DNA of 47,804 nt from Octopus sinensis (GCF_006345805.1 NW_021834594.1:1-47804); one strand, 5' to 3'. Shown: positions 1 through 13,232, counted from the first letter of the stretch. Notes: generated by a model not told the origin, from the letters alone. Numbers and translations: made by a program.

Positions 1-146
1 GATTGGGCGCCAACTTGGCAGCAAGGTCCCAAAGTAAAGCATCTTGTTGTAACCATTATCCTTTAAATTTTAAGGTCTTGCAGACTTTTAGAGTTGCTGA
101 TATCGAAGTCATTTGTGACGTATGCATTAAGGATCGCAAGTTCATC

Positions 147-214
147 TGTATGTATGTATGTATGTATGTATGTATGTATGTATGTATGTATGTATGTATG
201 TATGTATGTATGTA

Positions 215-245
<31 letters not shown>

Positions 246-250
246 ATGTA
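147..250. repeat. (TATG)n microsatellite
   Basis: Direct reading; a second (TATG)n tract lies at ~610-705. Confidence 0.95.
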
Positions 251-252
251 TA

Positions 253-610
253 TAAGGCTGTATCATGCGCGGGGACATAGAAATAATCGGACTGAATACC
301 CGATCGCGCGGTTAAACCATTGGGAGTGAAGGACTCCTAGCCTTTGTTAGGGCATCCTTCTAGGAGAAGGTAACTCAGGAAACTGGGATAACTCCGACAT
401 AAAATCTGCGGCTCCGTGGTTACCGATGATGTTGACTTGTTCTTCTTTTCGGATTATGGCTGCTGTTGCTTAGTGAGTGAGATTGACTCAGTGCACAGCC
501 TTTCCTCACTTTAAAAAAAAAAAATTTTTGCACAGGCATTGCACGATAACAACATTGATTAAGCTTCGTGCAATGGCCATACTCGATAACGAGGGGGGGG
601 GGCAGCCACT
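253..610 (+). mobile_element. Probable non-autonomous RTE-related retroelement embedded in (TATG)n
   Basis: AGGGCATCCTTCTAGGAGAAGGTAACTC resembles the motif I recognise from RTE-clade 5' UTRs. A 3' hairpin CATTGCACGA (537-546)/TCGTGCAATG (566-575) precedes a TATG tail. No ORF. Confidence 0.45.
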
Positions 611-871
611 ATGTATGTATGTACGAATGTATGTGCGTGTATGTTATGTATGTATGTATGTATGTATGTATGTATGTATGTATGTATGTATGTATGAATG
701 TATGTAAGTTTTCCTCCTACTCTTTTGAATTTAGAAAAAATTCTGACCACCCCCCTCCTTGGTTGCCAAGAGAAGCATCTTGTTTTGTCCATCAACATTT
801 AATTCTTAAGAAGGTCTTACAGATTTTTATAATCCCAGATATCGTGATCATTTATGACGTATGGCTTAAGG

Positions 872-1523
872 ATTTAATCGACCCCGAAAGGATGAAAGGC
901 AAAGTCGACCTCGGCGGAATTTGAACTCAGAACATAGCGGCAGACGAAATACCTATTTCTTTACTAGTCACAAGGAGCTAAACACAGACAGGACAAACAA
1001 GGACAGACAAACGGTTTAAGTCGATTATATTGACCCCAGTGCGTAACTGGTACTTATTTAATCGACCCTGAAAGGATGAAATGCAATGTCGACCTCGGCG
1101 GAATTTGAACTCAACGTAGCGGCAGACGAAATACCTATTTCTTTACTAGCCACAAGGAGCTAAACACAGACAGGACAAACAAGGACAGACAAACGGTTAA
1201 AGTCGATTATATCGACCCCAGTGCGTAACTGGTACTTATTTAATCGACCCCGAAAGGATGAAAGGCAAAGTCGACCTCGGCGGAATTTGAACTCAACGTA
1301 GCGGCAGACGAAATACCTATTTCTTTATTACCCACAAGGGGCTAAACACAGAGGGGACAAACAAGGACAGACATAGGTATTAAGTCGATTGCATCGACCC
1401 CAGTGCGTAACTGGTACTTATTTAATCGACCCCGAAAGGATGAAAGGCAAAGTCGACCTCGGCGGAATTTGAACTCACAACGTAACGCAGACGAAATACC
1501 GCTAAGCATTTCGCCCGGCGAGC
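872..1523 (-). mobile_element. Tandem array (~3.5 units of ~183 bp) of a tRNA-headed SINE, family A
   Basis: GTCGACCTCGGCGGAATTTGAACTC recurs at ~904, 1088, 1270 and 1452. It is the reverse complement of the copies at 5741 and 16642, which carry the B-box-like GAGTTCAAATTC. Confidence 0.9.
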
Positions 1524-2039
1524 AAAAAAGGATTCTGACACCACACCTCCTTGACAAGAAAAAAAGCACGTAATCATAATAAATGAGAGTTTTACTATGG
1601 CACCTTCCATTTGCCAAAGAAAGAGTAACCCCCAGAAATTAACACACGGACACAGCCGTCCAATAAATCAAGGAAGAACCATTATAGTACTCTGGGAGTT
1701 ATTCCGATTTTAAGGTCAGCATTTTTTCCAAAATTGGTGTGACGATAACATTAAGCAACAACTCTACAGCATTCCCGTCATTCCTTGCGGCTATAAAACA
1801 GCAATAACATAGGCCATTAGCGAGCACTTGGCACAGAACAAGGGAGTTCTAACATAACTGATAGATCTGGAAAAGTTTATTGTTCCAAGCTGCACAGAGA
1901 GGTGTGGTGAGAGCAAACGGGGAGTCGAAGAGAAAAAAGCCGCAATAAAAATGATAAAACTCCTGCACAATCATGTTTTTTGGTATTTAATTCTGTCTGT
2001 TTGTCTGTCTGTCTGTCTGCTTGGATATGTATGTGTACG

Positions 2040-2161
2040 CACACATAGGCACACAGATGGGCACGCACGCAGACCCAAACACATACACGCACACATGTAC
2101 ACCCACATATACATGTCTACATGCATATACATATATCTATATTACTTGTATACATAGCTAT

Positions 2162-2196
<35 letters not shown>

Positions 2197-2231
2197 TAAT
2201 GTATATATATATATTATACATATATATATGT

Positions 2232-2269
<38 letters not shown>

Positions 2270-2445
2270 ACGCTTACTAACATACATACACACCACACAC
2301 ACACACATATATATATATATATACATACATACATACATATATATATATGTATGAACGTATGTATGTATTATTAATATATATATGTATGTATATACCTGCA
2401 TATAATATATATGTATATACATAGAGAACACCACTCGCAAACACA

Positions 2446-2497
<52 letters not shown>

Positions 2498-2645
2498 GTA
2501 TGTATATATATGTATATATGCACATATATATATATATATATCTATATATATATATATATAATATATATACATATATATATATATATATTATATACATATT
2601 ATATATACATATATATGTGTGAATGTGTGTGTGTATGTGTGTGTA
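2040..2645. repeat. Compound (TA)n/(CA)n/(CATA)n microsatellites
   Basis: Direct reading; the overlapping YI/HT-rich ORFs are artefacts. Confidence 0.95.
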
Positions 2646-3539
2646 TTTATCAAACGTAAGTTACGTGTAGTTTCTCGTAAGAGATCTAAAACAAGCAACA
2701 ACAACAACAATAGCAAGACACACGCACAACACTTCAGAATGAAGTAATATCTCTTTTGAACAGAAACAAACTCCAATGAACCGACATAAATTTGGCACGA
2801 ATAAAACCGAAAAGAGCTATCAAAGGAATAAACGATGGGATGGGTGGACAACTAGAACAAGAAGAGGAAGAACAACAACAGTAACAACAACAACAACAAC
2901 GAATAAATGTAAGGATAATAATAATCCAAAGTGGCTTATAATAAATCAAAAGACAAGATTTGTGATCTGGAGGGACCGCCGTTTGATCAATGGTGTATGT
3001 AGTATTAGTAGTAGTATTAGTAGTAGTATGTATTAGTAGATTAGTAGGCGAAGCATTGAATTGAGAACAAGGAATGGTTTCTGAAATTACGAGCCAAAAC
3101 ATGTTCGAACCAACCAAACTGGAATCGTTGATGTTGAGCGACAAAAGTCATAATAGATGAAGGGGCGATAATTCGTTCTTTATAAGCGGATATTAAGAAG
3201 ATTTGGTTTGGTGGTGTCGTTTGGGAATGGTCATGATTTATAAACGAAAGCAACACGCAAACAAATAAGAAAAAAAAAATGGTAGGAAATGAAAATATAA
3301 ACAGCGATCGAAATGGTTAAGTGAATTAACCGATGAGAGATGTTAATGGAAATGATGTTAGACATTGTAAAAACCAATTGAGACAGGAAGGAACAGGACG
3401 GATCAACCAGTCATGTGACCCGAACCGAATATCTATTGATTGTCAGGGATCACTGTGCATGCATTCAAGCAGCCACTCCCGTCAAAGACTTTTTGCGAAT
3501 TGCACTAACGCTATTTCCATTATTTGAAATTGCTTTCCT

Positions 3540-4875
3540 GGTTTCATACACGGCCATCCTAAACTCCCTAATCTCTTTTTCTTGGATGATTTCACAACAA
3601 ATAAAACCAGATTACCAAGTTCCTTGGCGTTTAGAAGTTTGCACAATGAATAATCCCCAGATTACCAAATTGCACAGCTGTCATCTGAAGGCAACTTAAC
3701 GAAGAATAATCCCAGATTACAGAACTCCTTGCTATTTAGATGTTTTCAGAAATATTGATCCCGGATTATCAAGCACATCTGTTTCTTTTTCAAGATGATT
3801 TGATGAAGTATAATCCGCATTTCCTAAATCTTTGTTGTTAGAATGATTTTATAAACAACAAACTTAGTTACCCGAATCGTTTATATGACTAGTTTCGTAA
3901 TGAAGAAATATCACTTCCAAAACTATTTGTTCTTGGGATATGTTTACACCCAGCAATCCCAGATTACCATAAGCCACCCTTGTCTGTTTCGATTTACTTC
4001 ATAGCTAACAATCCAAGATTCGCCACATATTTGGATGATTTCATAAATGAGGAAACCAGTCAACCAAATCTTTTGTTGGTTGAATAATTTCACTCACTAC
4101 ACTTCCAAATCAAAAATTCCTTCTTTGGATGATTCCACAAGCAGCAAACTATGATTCTGATATACCTAGCTTTTTGGATAATTTCACAATGAACACACTG
4201 TAATTCCCCCCAAACCCTTGTTTGGATGATTTCACACCAACGAAGAAGCTACTGCAGATTGACCCCTTCTTTGTTCCACAAACATCAAAGCCGGATTCTT
4301 TAATAAATTCCTTTTTCTTTCGATGATCTCATAACCAAAGATTGCAGATTTATCACATGCAAGAACCTCACAATCTTAAGCCTTTTGTTGTTCAGATAAT
4401 TTCAGGAAAAGGAAGAGATCCAGATTCCCAAACATGTTATTGTTTGGATTTCTCAAACAGGAAACCCAAACTAAGAAAACCCTTGCTCGGATGATTTCAT
4501 AAGCCAGAAACCGAGATACCCAGCCCCTCGTTCTTGTTTTCAACATTTGCAGATTTACTCTGTTTATTTCATGAACATCAAAAAACAGATTCTCGAATTC
4601 CCTATTGTTTGGATGGCCACACAACCAACAGCTTTCAATTCCCCAAACCCTTATTTGAATGTTTTTACAAACAACCATTACCGATTAAATCTTTGTTTCA
4701 TAAACATGAAAGCCAGATTTCCAAACCCCTTGCTATTTGTATAATTTCACATTTGCAGGTTCAAAAAGCAATTTAACGAAGTTCCGTATTACGAGACTCG
4801 TTGCTAATTAGATGTTTTCACAAATATTAATCCCAGATTAACAAACGCATCTGCTGTTTTTTTCCAAGACGATTA
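3540..4875. repeat. Old degenerate minisatellite, ~45-50-bp unit (approx. AATCCCAGATTACCAAATTCCTTGTTGTTTGGATGATTTCACAA)
   Basis: CCAGATTAC/CCAGATTCC and TTGGATGATTTCA motifs recur many times at roughly 45-50 bp spacing. Confidence 0.75.
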
Positions 4876-4884
4876 AAATAATAA

Positions 4885-5266
4885 AAACAAGTGCACTGAG
4901 GGAGCGAAAATTTTCCCCCAAGGTAACACCAAAGTTCCCTCAACGATTAGCAGGAGATGATGTTTAAAATGAGAATATCTGAAATAAACTTGGCTGCTCT
5001 CACAAACGAGAATACTAAAAATGAACCCGACCGCTCTCAAAAATTAAGTAAAAAAACAAACAAAAAAAAACAGAAAAGATAATCCAGAATCCTTGTCCGG
5101 TACTGGACCGATCCCAAAATATAATCAGTTCGTGCCAGTCACGAGGGCTAAAAATCCCTGTAAGCTTCATCCGAATCCATCCAGAGTTTCTTGAGATATC
5201 TTGTCCACGGACAAACAAACAAACACGACTGAAAACTATACCACCGATTTTCGAAAGCGAAGGTAA
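4885..5266 (-). mobile_element. Helentron-associated (HINE/DINE-1-like) non-autonomous element
   Basis: AAACAAG at one end and GGTAA at the other, within A-runs. The core ATCCGAATCCATCCAGAGTTTCTTGAGATATC is followed by (AAAC)n and a short terminal hairpin region, an architecture typical of HINEs. Confidence 0.5.
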
Positions 5267-5740
5267 AAAAAAAAAACATTAGACATAATGTTTCCTCCGC
5301 ATGTCGTAGAAGGGTGACCAAAAGAAGGCTGAGGTAGGATTTTCGCTCTGACCTCGCCAAACACTCGTCAGCAAAGCCTATCAAAACAAGCTCCACAGGT
5401 TGCACTAGGCTTAAAGAAAAATAATTGCAGGCGTTGAATCATTCGACTAAAAATCTTTCAAGGTGGTGTCCCAGTATTGCCTTTGTCTCACGATTGAAAC
5501 GAATGAAAACATAGAAAGATAATGAACGATGCAATCCAAGATAGACTTAGACTTCAACGTTGCGGAAATTAAAGTATTTTGTAAGAAATGCCGAGTCACT
5601 AAATGAGGATGTTACTGTTGTCGGCTGTAGTATTGGTAGTAGTGTTGGTGGTTATGGTATTGGTGGTGGTGGTAGTGGTGGTGTTTGTAGCGTTGTATTT
5701 AACCGCTTAAATCAGTCTTCTTCCGGAAGATATTCTTGTC

Positions 5741-6140
5741 AGGCGGCGAGCTGTCAGAAACGTTAGCACACCGAGCGAAATGCTTAGCGGTATTTCGTCT
5801 GCCGCTACGTTCTGAGTTCAAATTTCCCGGGGTCGACTTTGCCTTTCATCCTTTCAGGGTCGATAAATTAAGTACCAGTTACGCACTGGGGTCGATATAA
5901 TCGACTTAATCCGTTTGTCTGTCCTTGTTTGTCCTCTCTGTGTTTAGCCCCTTGTGGGTAGTAAAGAAATGGGCATTTCGTCTGTCTTTAAATTCTGAGT
6001 TCAAATTCCGCCGAAGTCGACTTTGCCTTTCATTCTTTCGGGATCGATAACTGAAATACCAGTTGCGTACTGGGATCCATCTAATCGACTGGTCCCTTCC
6101 CCAAAAGTTTCGGGCTTTGAACCTGGAGTAACAAAGAAGA
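5741..6140 (+). mobile_element. SINE family A, head plus ~2 tandem body units
   Basis: Starts AGGCGGCGAGCTGTCAGAAACGTTAGCAC; the body GTCGACTTTGCCTTTCAT(C/T)CTTTC occurs twice. Confidence 0.9.
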
Positions 6141-6439
6141 TATTCTTGTAGTTTTCGAAAGTTCTTCGGAGTTTTCGTCCTTTGGATTTGTGTGCTGTCA
6201 TGCGTGACTACATTTTTCGAGGGTTTGTATTCAATCATATCGATCTGGTAATTATGTAATTATTTCATTGATATCTCATGGCCGATCCGCTTTATGTATA
6301 TACATATGCTCGCGCACGCGTGTGTTTAGGTGTAAAGGCGCAAAACCTAGTTGCTAGTGTGTTGCACTCACGATCGCAAGATCATGGTTTCAATACCCAG
6401 TCCAGCGGTGAATAACATCCTATAGTCCGATCGATACAG

Positions 6440-6742
6440 TGATATACATATATACATACATACAATCATACATAAATATATACATACACACGTATACATA
6501 CATACATACTTACATGCATGCATACATACACATATATTCACATACATACAGACACATACACGCATACATATACATATACATACACATATGCATACATACT
6601 TACATACATAGATTCATACACACATACACATACATACACATATGCATACATACTTACATACATAGATTCATACACACATACACATACATACATATATGCA
6701 TACATACTTACATACACACATAGATACATACATACATACACA
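6440..6742. repeat. (CATA)/(CA)-derived tract with a 54-bp higher-order repeat
   Basis: ATGCATACATACTTACATAC recurs three times at 54-bp spacing (~6588, 6642, 6696). Confidence 0.85.
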
Positions 6743-7279
6743 ATAGGTTATCTAAATCACATCATGTTGTTTTTCACATGAACTAAGTTTCTGTGGAATT
6801 TTGGAATTTATTAAAAAATTGTTCTGTCGTTTTATTTCTCCGTTTGATGTCGAGAATTGGTCAACGACAGGAAAAACGTTTTTGTAAAACATTTTCTAAA
6901 GAAACAGAATATTATTTTGCAAAAAAAAACAAACAAAATACATAAATCTATCTATTTGTTTCTTATTGACATTAACAAAAAGAAGGAAACGAAAATAAAA
7001 TTGGCAAACGCTAAAAGAATTGGATTTGGTGAATAAATTTTCATAAACACTAAACTAATTAAACAGATGCCAAAAACACATCACAAGAAAATAGTAGCAG
7101 GACTGTATTTTTAATAACTTCTCTGAAGATGGCCACTGGGTTCACCGAAGGCGGAACATAACTGCATGCATAACTATATAAATCTCTCTCTCCCTATGTC
7201 AGCCTGCCTCTCTCTTGCTCTCTGTCTTTCTCTCTCTCTCTCTCTCCTCTCTATATCTATATATCTATATATATTATAT

Positions 7280-7318
<39 letters not shown>

Positions 7319-7719
7319 GGAAAGAAAGAGAGAGAGTAGTAATAGAAGAATGTTTCTTAATACATTTTAAAATGGTGGATTCAATCCAATGTTGGATATT
7401 GAAGTTACTGGTAAACAAACTTTCAGCACCGCACACACCGCGTACACACACATACATACACTCACACAAACACGTTACAGTAAAGCTGTAGTGTAGATGA
7501 GTATATAATATATAAGTAAACAAGAATAACAGGTCATTAGCATACAGTTGTACGTCTGTCTATCTATCTATCTAATATATATAATATATATAATATATAT
7601 ATATAATATATATATATATAATAGGCGCAGGAGTGGCTGTGTTGTAAGTAGATTGTTTACCAACCCCATGGTTGGTAACCTGTTCACTGACAAAATTCTG
7701 TGCACCAAATTTTGTCAGT

Positions 7720-7815
7720 GAACAAGTCGCGGTCTCAAAGCGACGAAAATATTTTGACAATTAAATGTTGAAGTAAATTTAAACGGTTTTTCTTGTGTTT
7801 CTTAAATGGCTTAAT
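7720..7815 (+). repeat. Fragment of an unclassified interspersed repeat, also at ~13905-13995
   Basis: Shared GGTCTCAAAGCGACGAAAATATTTTGACAA...GTGTTTCTTAAATGGCTT. Confidence 0.8.
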
Positions 7816-7993
7816 TAGAGATAAAACCACTATTAGCAAATCAAACAATGAAAAACATAAGCCAATACATAAAATTATTAATTTATATTATTTTTAAATA
7901 TATATCAAAAGTATTAAAAGTTTAATAAAAGATAAAGATAAAACACTACGATCGATCGTCATGGCTGTACATTCGTAATAAGTCGAGTTATGG

Positions 7994-8032
<39 letters not shown>

Positions 8033-8502
8033 TTATATATATATATACATACACATACATATACATTATCCTGTTGCTTATTTTGATTTTATTCACCTTA
8101 CTTTGAGTTGGTGCTTCGACTTAGAAACCTACTTCAACTGAATCTCAATTATTTCTATATACATACATACATACATATATACATCCATAATATATATGTG
8201 CATAATATATATACACACAAACACACACACACTTTATATACATGCATGCGTACGTACACGTGTGAAACGTGTTTCTAGAATGCCTATACTTTCACGCGTA
8301 CAAACGCAAAACATGTTTACATCAGCATATGTACATATAACGCATACGCGCACACATTTGTATAAATATGTGTTTGTGTGTGTATGTATGAAGGCATGTA
8401 TCTGTATATGTATACACATATATACACTCGTACACTCAAATATATACATATATACTTACGTGCATACCTACATTCATGCATAGAGATCCATCCATTCAGC
8501 CC

Positions 8503-8546
<44 letters not shown>

Positions 8547-8674
8547 ATATATTATATGGATGTATATGTGTATTATATATATATATGTGTGTGTGATATA
8601 GCTCTCTCTCTATATTACATATACATATACACATACACTGGCACACACATTTATAATATGTGTGAGTATATATC

Positions 8675-8709
<35 letters not shown>

Positions 8710-8794
8710 ATATATCCTATATATCTGTATAATATATGTTATGTATATATAGATATAGATACACACACACACACACACACACACTACACACACA

Positions 8795-8856
<62 letters not shown>

Positions 8857-9427
8857 CACATATATATACTTCATAAAGAACTACATTCAGCAGCGAGTAT
8901 ATTAAACCTAATCACACTCGCAGTTATAAAATCCTAGCTCCTGGCTACGATTCCCAGTCACAAGATCCACGTCTTAATTTCAACAAACTCTTCGAATTTC
9001 ACGCCTACCTTCATCTCTTCCATATTCCTGAAGGTGTTTTCTTTCGTTCGTTCTGACGAAACTTTTTACTGGAATTCAATTAACTTAGAAAAACCAAACT
9101 CTAATCATGCGAAATGTGTTACAAAAGAAACGAATGAACGGCAATATATAAATATATATATATATATATATTTTTTTTGTAAGTTAAAATATGAAACGCT
9201 GAGTTATGAAAACTTATGAAAAATTTGTGTGCCTTTCACAAAATTCTGATAATCATGTTATTTTTAATATATTTTTTTAAATCTTCTTTTGATTTTTTTT
9301 TCTTTTACTTCTTTACGCGTTTCGGGGATCGGATTGCGACCATACTGGAGCAACGCCTAGTACTGTCGGTTAGTCGAACACATCTACTCCATTATCTATT
9401 TTAGGTCAATCGTGCCTCTCATCTCTT

Positions 9428-10165
9428 TAGGCGTGGCTGTGTGGTAAGATGTTTGCTTCCCAAGCACATGGTTCTAGGTTCAATCCCAATATGCAGCATC
9501 CTGTGCAAGTAGCAGTCGACCGACCAAAGCTTTGTGCGTGCATTTGTTAGATGGAAATCGAAAGAAGCCCATCGAATATATATTCTCTGTGTGTGTGCGT
9601 GTGTGTGTAAAAAAAAAGACCCCCTTCGGTCATGAATGACCATGGGATTGCACCTAGAAAGTTACCCTCCTAGACACAAGTCCGGGCAAGGTTGTTTATG
9701 GAAGACCAGCAGTCGCCCATGCATACCGGCCTCCCCTCTCCACGCCACCAGTGTTATCCAAGGGAAAGACAAAGGTCGATACAGCTTGGAACCAGTGACG
9801 TCGCAACTCATTTCTACAGCTGAGTGAACTGGAGCAACGTGAAATAAAGTGTTTTGCTCAAGAACACAACACGCAGCCCGGTCCGGGATTCGAGCTCACA
9901 ACCTCACGATCGTAAGCTCGACGCTCTAACCACTGAGCCATGCGCCTTCACTGTGTGCGTGTGTAACTGATTCCAATGCATCCCCTGACAACCGGTTTTG
10001 GTTTGTTTACGTCCCTGTGAATTAGCCACTCAACAAAAGAGACGGCTAAAATATGTACTAGATTTCAAAAAGACCTACTGAGGTTGATTCCTTTCACCAA
10101 GCAATTCAAGGTGGAGCTGCAGCATGGCCGCAATCAAATAACTGAAACAAATAAAAAGATAAAAA
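9428..10165 (+). mobile_element. Degenerate SINE family B interrupted by a family C SINE
   Basis: Head GGCGTGGCTGTGTGGTAAG...GGTTCAATCCC; tail CAGCATGGCCGCAATCAAATAACTGAAACAAATAAAAGA. Confidence 0.8.
9619..9951 (-). mobile_element. tRNA-Arg-derived SINE, family C (OR-type-like)
   Basis: Minus strand shows A box TGGCTCAGTGG, anticodon-like loop CTTACGA and B box GCTCGAATCC. TGTGTGCGTGTGT on both sides is a probable TSD. Confidence 0.85.
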
Positions 10166-10786
10166 GTCCAAGGTGGGTTTTTGGCGAAACTATTGAGAAA
10201 GTTGCACCGTTAAATGTTCCGTGGTCTTAGCATCCTGAATACATTATTCCAGGCTAAACATTTGCCTTGCGTCCTTTCGAAGTCGATACAAATGAATCAA
10301 CACCAAGTGAAACACAAAAATCCTAACACGAAGGAAATGGAAATTTTGCCTCGGATTCCACCATCTGCGATAATATAATTTACGATATTCTGTTCTTTCA
10401 GTTTTTTCTCTTACGATTACCGTTCTACAGTCAGTTTTTTATATCATTTATGTATGTTACTTACATAATCAATAATTAATTTACTGGATGTTACTGTCTC
10501 AAGTCCCACGACACATAGGGTAACCCGATTTCCTTGACGCATAAGTGACAGAGGTCGCAATATTCCATCGGAACGTGACGACAGCCCGTCACATGGTAAT
10601 TCCTTTACAGATGAATGGACGGGAGAACGTGAAATAAAATGTTTTACGCAAAAATACAACACACTGCCCGGTCCAGAAATCAAAACAAAGACCTCCCGGT
10701 TCTATATTTAAGAGATAAGGAATTATGTGCATTATTTACATTATTTACATTTGATGGATATTTGTCCTCATCTTGTTTGTTGTTTG

Positions 10787-10828
10787 CACAACGTTTCGGC
10801 TGATACACTCACCAGCCTTCATCAGGTG
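10787..10828 (-). ncRNA. Minimal type I hammerhead ribozyme (short stem III, PLE pLTR-type)
   Basis: Minus strand: CAC-CTGATGA-A-GGCTG(gtgagtgtat)CAGCC-GAAA-CG-TT-GTG. Palindromic AACGTT stem III, GUU triplet, 3-bp stem I. Confidence 0.75.
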
Positions 10829-11014
10829 TCTTGGGGAAATTTCAAACCTGGGTTCTCATTCCTAAGCAGACCGAGTGCAGGTATGAATAGCATATGGGAA
10901 CCGGTATCAAGGAAGTATAGGAAAATATTAGATTTATAAGTCCAAAATTAACTCCATAATTGCCCACAGGCATATGGCGTAGTGGTTAAGAACGAGTTCG
11001 ATTCCAGGCTGAGA

Positions 11015-11018
<4 letters not shown>

Positions 11019-11093
<75 letters not shown>

Positions 11094-11234
11094 TTTAAAA
11101 AAAATGAAGGAACTATTGAGTTTAGTTTAATGGCCTTACCAATGTATACTATGAGTTTCTTTGCCCTAGGAGTCGGGAAGACACTCGGCAAGAAATGGAA
11201 GCAAATTTGAAAGAAGAAAAAAAAAGCAATAATG

Positions 11235-11297
<63 letters not shown>

Positions 11298-11300
11298 TAA
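11019..11300. repeat. Two (TAA)n tracts (~11019-11092, ~11229-11300)
   Basis: Direct reading. Confidence 0.95.
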
Positions 11301-11362
11301 TATAACAACAACATCGAAAATTACCGTACGAATGAGAACCCATGTTCGAAATTTTCCCAATA

Positions 11363-11405
11363 CACCTGATGAAGGCTGGAGGGTATATCAGCCGAAACTT
11401 TGTTT
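11363..11405 (+). ncRNA. Hammerhead ribozyme motif, second (inverted) copy, stem III mutated
   Basis: CAC-CTGATGA(11366-11372)-A-GGCTG(gagggtatat)CAGCC-GAAA(11394-11397)-CTTT; the CG of the palindrome is changed to CT. Confidence 0.65.
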
Positions 11406-12356
11406 TAACAACAAACAAGATGAGGACAAATATCCGTCAAATGTATATAAGTGATCTAAAATCACAATATCTCATCGGAGCGTGACGACAGTCCATCACA
11501 CGATAATTCCTTTACAAAGGAATAGACGGTCGAAACGCGAAATAAAGTGATTTGTTTTAAAGAACACAACGTTCTACCAGTTCCAGGGATCGAAACACCG
11601 ACCTCCCAGCTTCCTAGGTGTATAAGCAATCGAGATAACAGAACATCCTCTGAACGGGACGTCAGTCCGTCCCAAAGTAGTTCATTTACAGCTGACTGAA
11701 AAAAGCAACGTGAATTGAAGTGTTTTGGTGAAGAAAACAAAACACAACCGACAGAAAAATCGAAACTGCGATCTCGTGATTGCAAGAGCTGCAACCGTAA
11801 CCACCAGACCACTCGCATTTGCAAATTAATTAACCGGCTTCAAGAAATATTTAATATAAGAGGATTATCGATGAAAAAAGATGTAATTTTGGAGATGATG
11901 GGAATATTGTGACACGGTTTTGTCTATGATTACGATCCCGTTGAGTGTCTCAGTTTTCGATCAGGGACCAAAATAATGGATTTCACGGTGATGGTGGTGG
12001 TGGTAGGGGTGGGGAGGGTGAGAGTGATGGAAAATTACTGTGCAAAAAATAAAATAAATATATATGAATATATTATTTATGTGTCATATTATTAGACATA
12101 TAAGCCCAAAATCTATTGATTAAGTGTCAGCTTCGGTGAAGTAGCGGAGTATAAGAAAGATGTCTGTGTATGTGTATATGTGTGTGTATACGTGTGTGTA
12201 TACGTGTGTGTATGTGTGTGTCTGTGTGTGTAGGTAGGTATGTACATATGTTTGTTTGTATTTGTGTGTGTGTAAAAGTATAAACAGCTTATTCATCATT
12301 TTTCCACCTGGAACTTTACACAGATCGACGCGGCTGGGATTCGACATTATATGCGT

Positions 12357-12402
<46 letters not shown>

Positions 12403-12571
12403 GTGTGTGTGTACACAAATGCATATGAACATATATATATATGTATATATTTTTCTTTATATATGTATTCATATATGCACATATACACATCGACTACTAC
12501 CACCATACACCTACACACACACATACACACAAGGGCACACACATATACACACGTACACACACACATCCGCA

Positions 12572-12618
<47 letters not shown>

Positions 12619-12796
12619 ACGTGTACAGATATAAACCGAAAGATGATCATGAAAGAGCAGACAACATCCGAAAAAGATCCGGAGATTCTGGGAACGGATC
12701 AGAGTGGCTTCATGTGATTAATCCGCCTTTAGAGATCGCGTCGATATGTATATGAATGCACGTGCCAAAATACATACGTGCCAGTATGTGTGAGTA

Positions 12797-12831
<35 letters not shown>

Positions 12832-13232
12832 GCGTGTGTGTGTATGTTGTGTGTGTGTGTGTGTGTTGCATATGTGTGTGTTCCTGTGAAAGTATGTATG
12901 TATGTGTCTGTATGTATGGGCAAATGTGATCTATGAAGAATAGCGTCTGCGCAGTGGATTTAACTAAACGGAGACAAACATATAAGTACACAGGAACTCT
13001 TCTTTAAAGAAGAATAAAAATCGAAAGAAGTTATACAAATATTCACTGCGGTGTCATTGACCATGTATGGTATACAATTACTGAATTCTTACATTGGAAC
13101 AAAAAATATATCAGTGAGGGGGGGGGGAGAGTTGAAGCTTTGTGAGTATATTCTAGAAATGTGTAGATTCTGTTATTACGAAGCCTCTTCAGGGAATGAC
13201 AAAGAAATAGTTACTATATATATATTAGCGAT

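Larger units (their letters stand above)
10555..11820 (-). mobile_element. Three diverged old SINE (family C-like) remnants at ~10555-10698, 11463-11612, 11640-11820
   Basis: All share GGA(A/G)CGTGACG...TTTACA...AACG(T/C)GAAATAAA-type blocks, homologous to 9810-9870. Confidence 0.7.

Noticed and set aside
7125-7170. CTGAAGATGGCC as a hammerhead core
   Set aside because: No GAAA after a paired stem II and no stem I/NUH; at most a very decayed relic.
9870-9951. tRNA-Arg genes (also 31473 and 44759)
   Set aside because: A/B boxes continue into SINE bodies with tails/TSDs and lack a proper acceptor stem.
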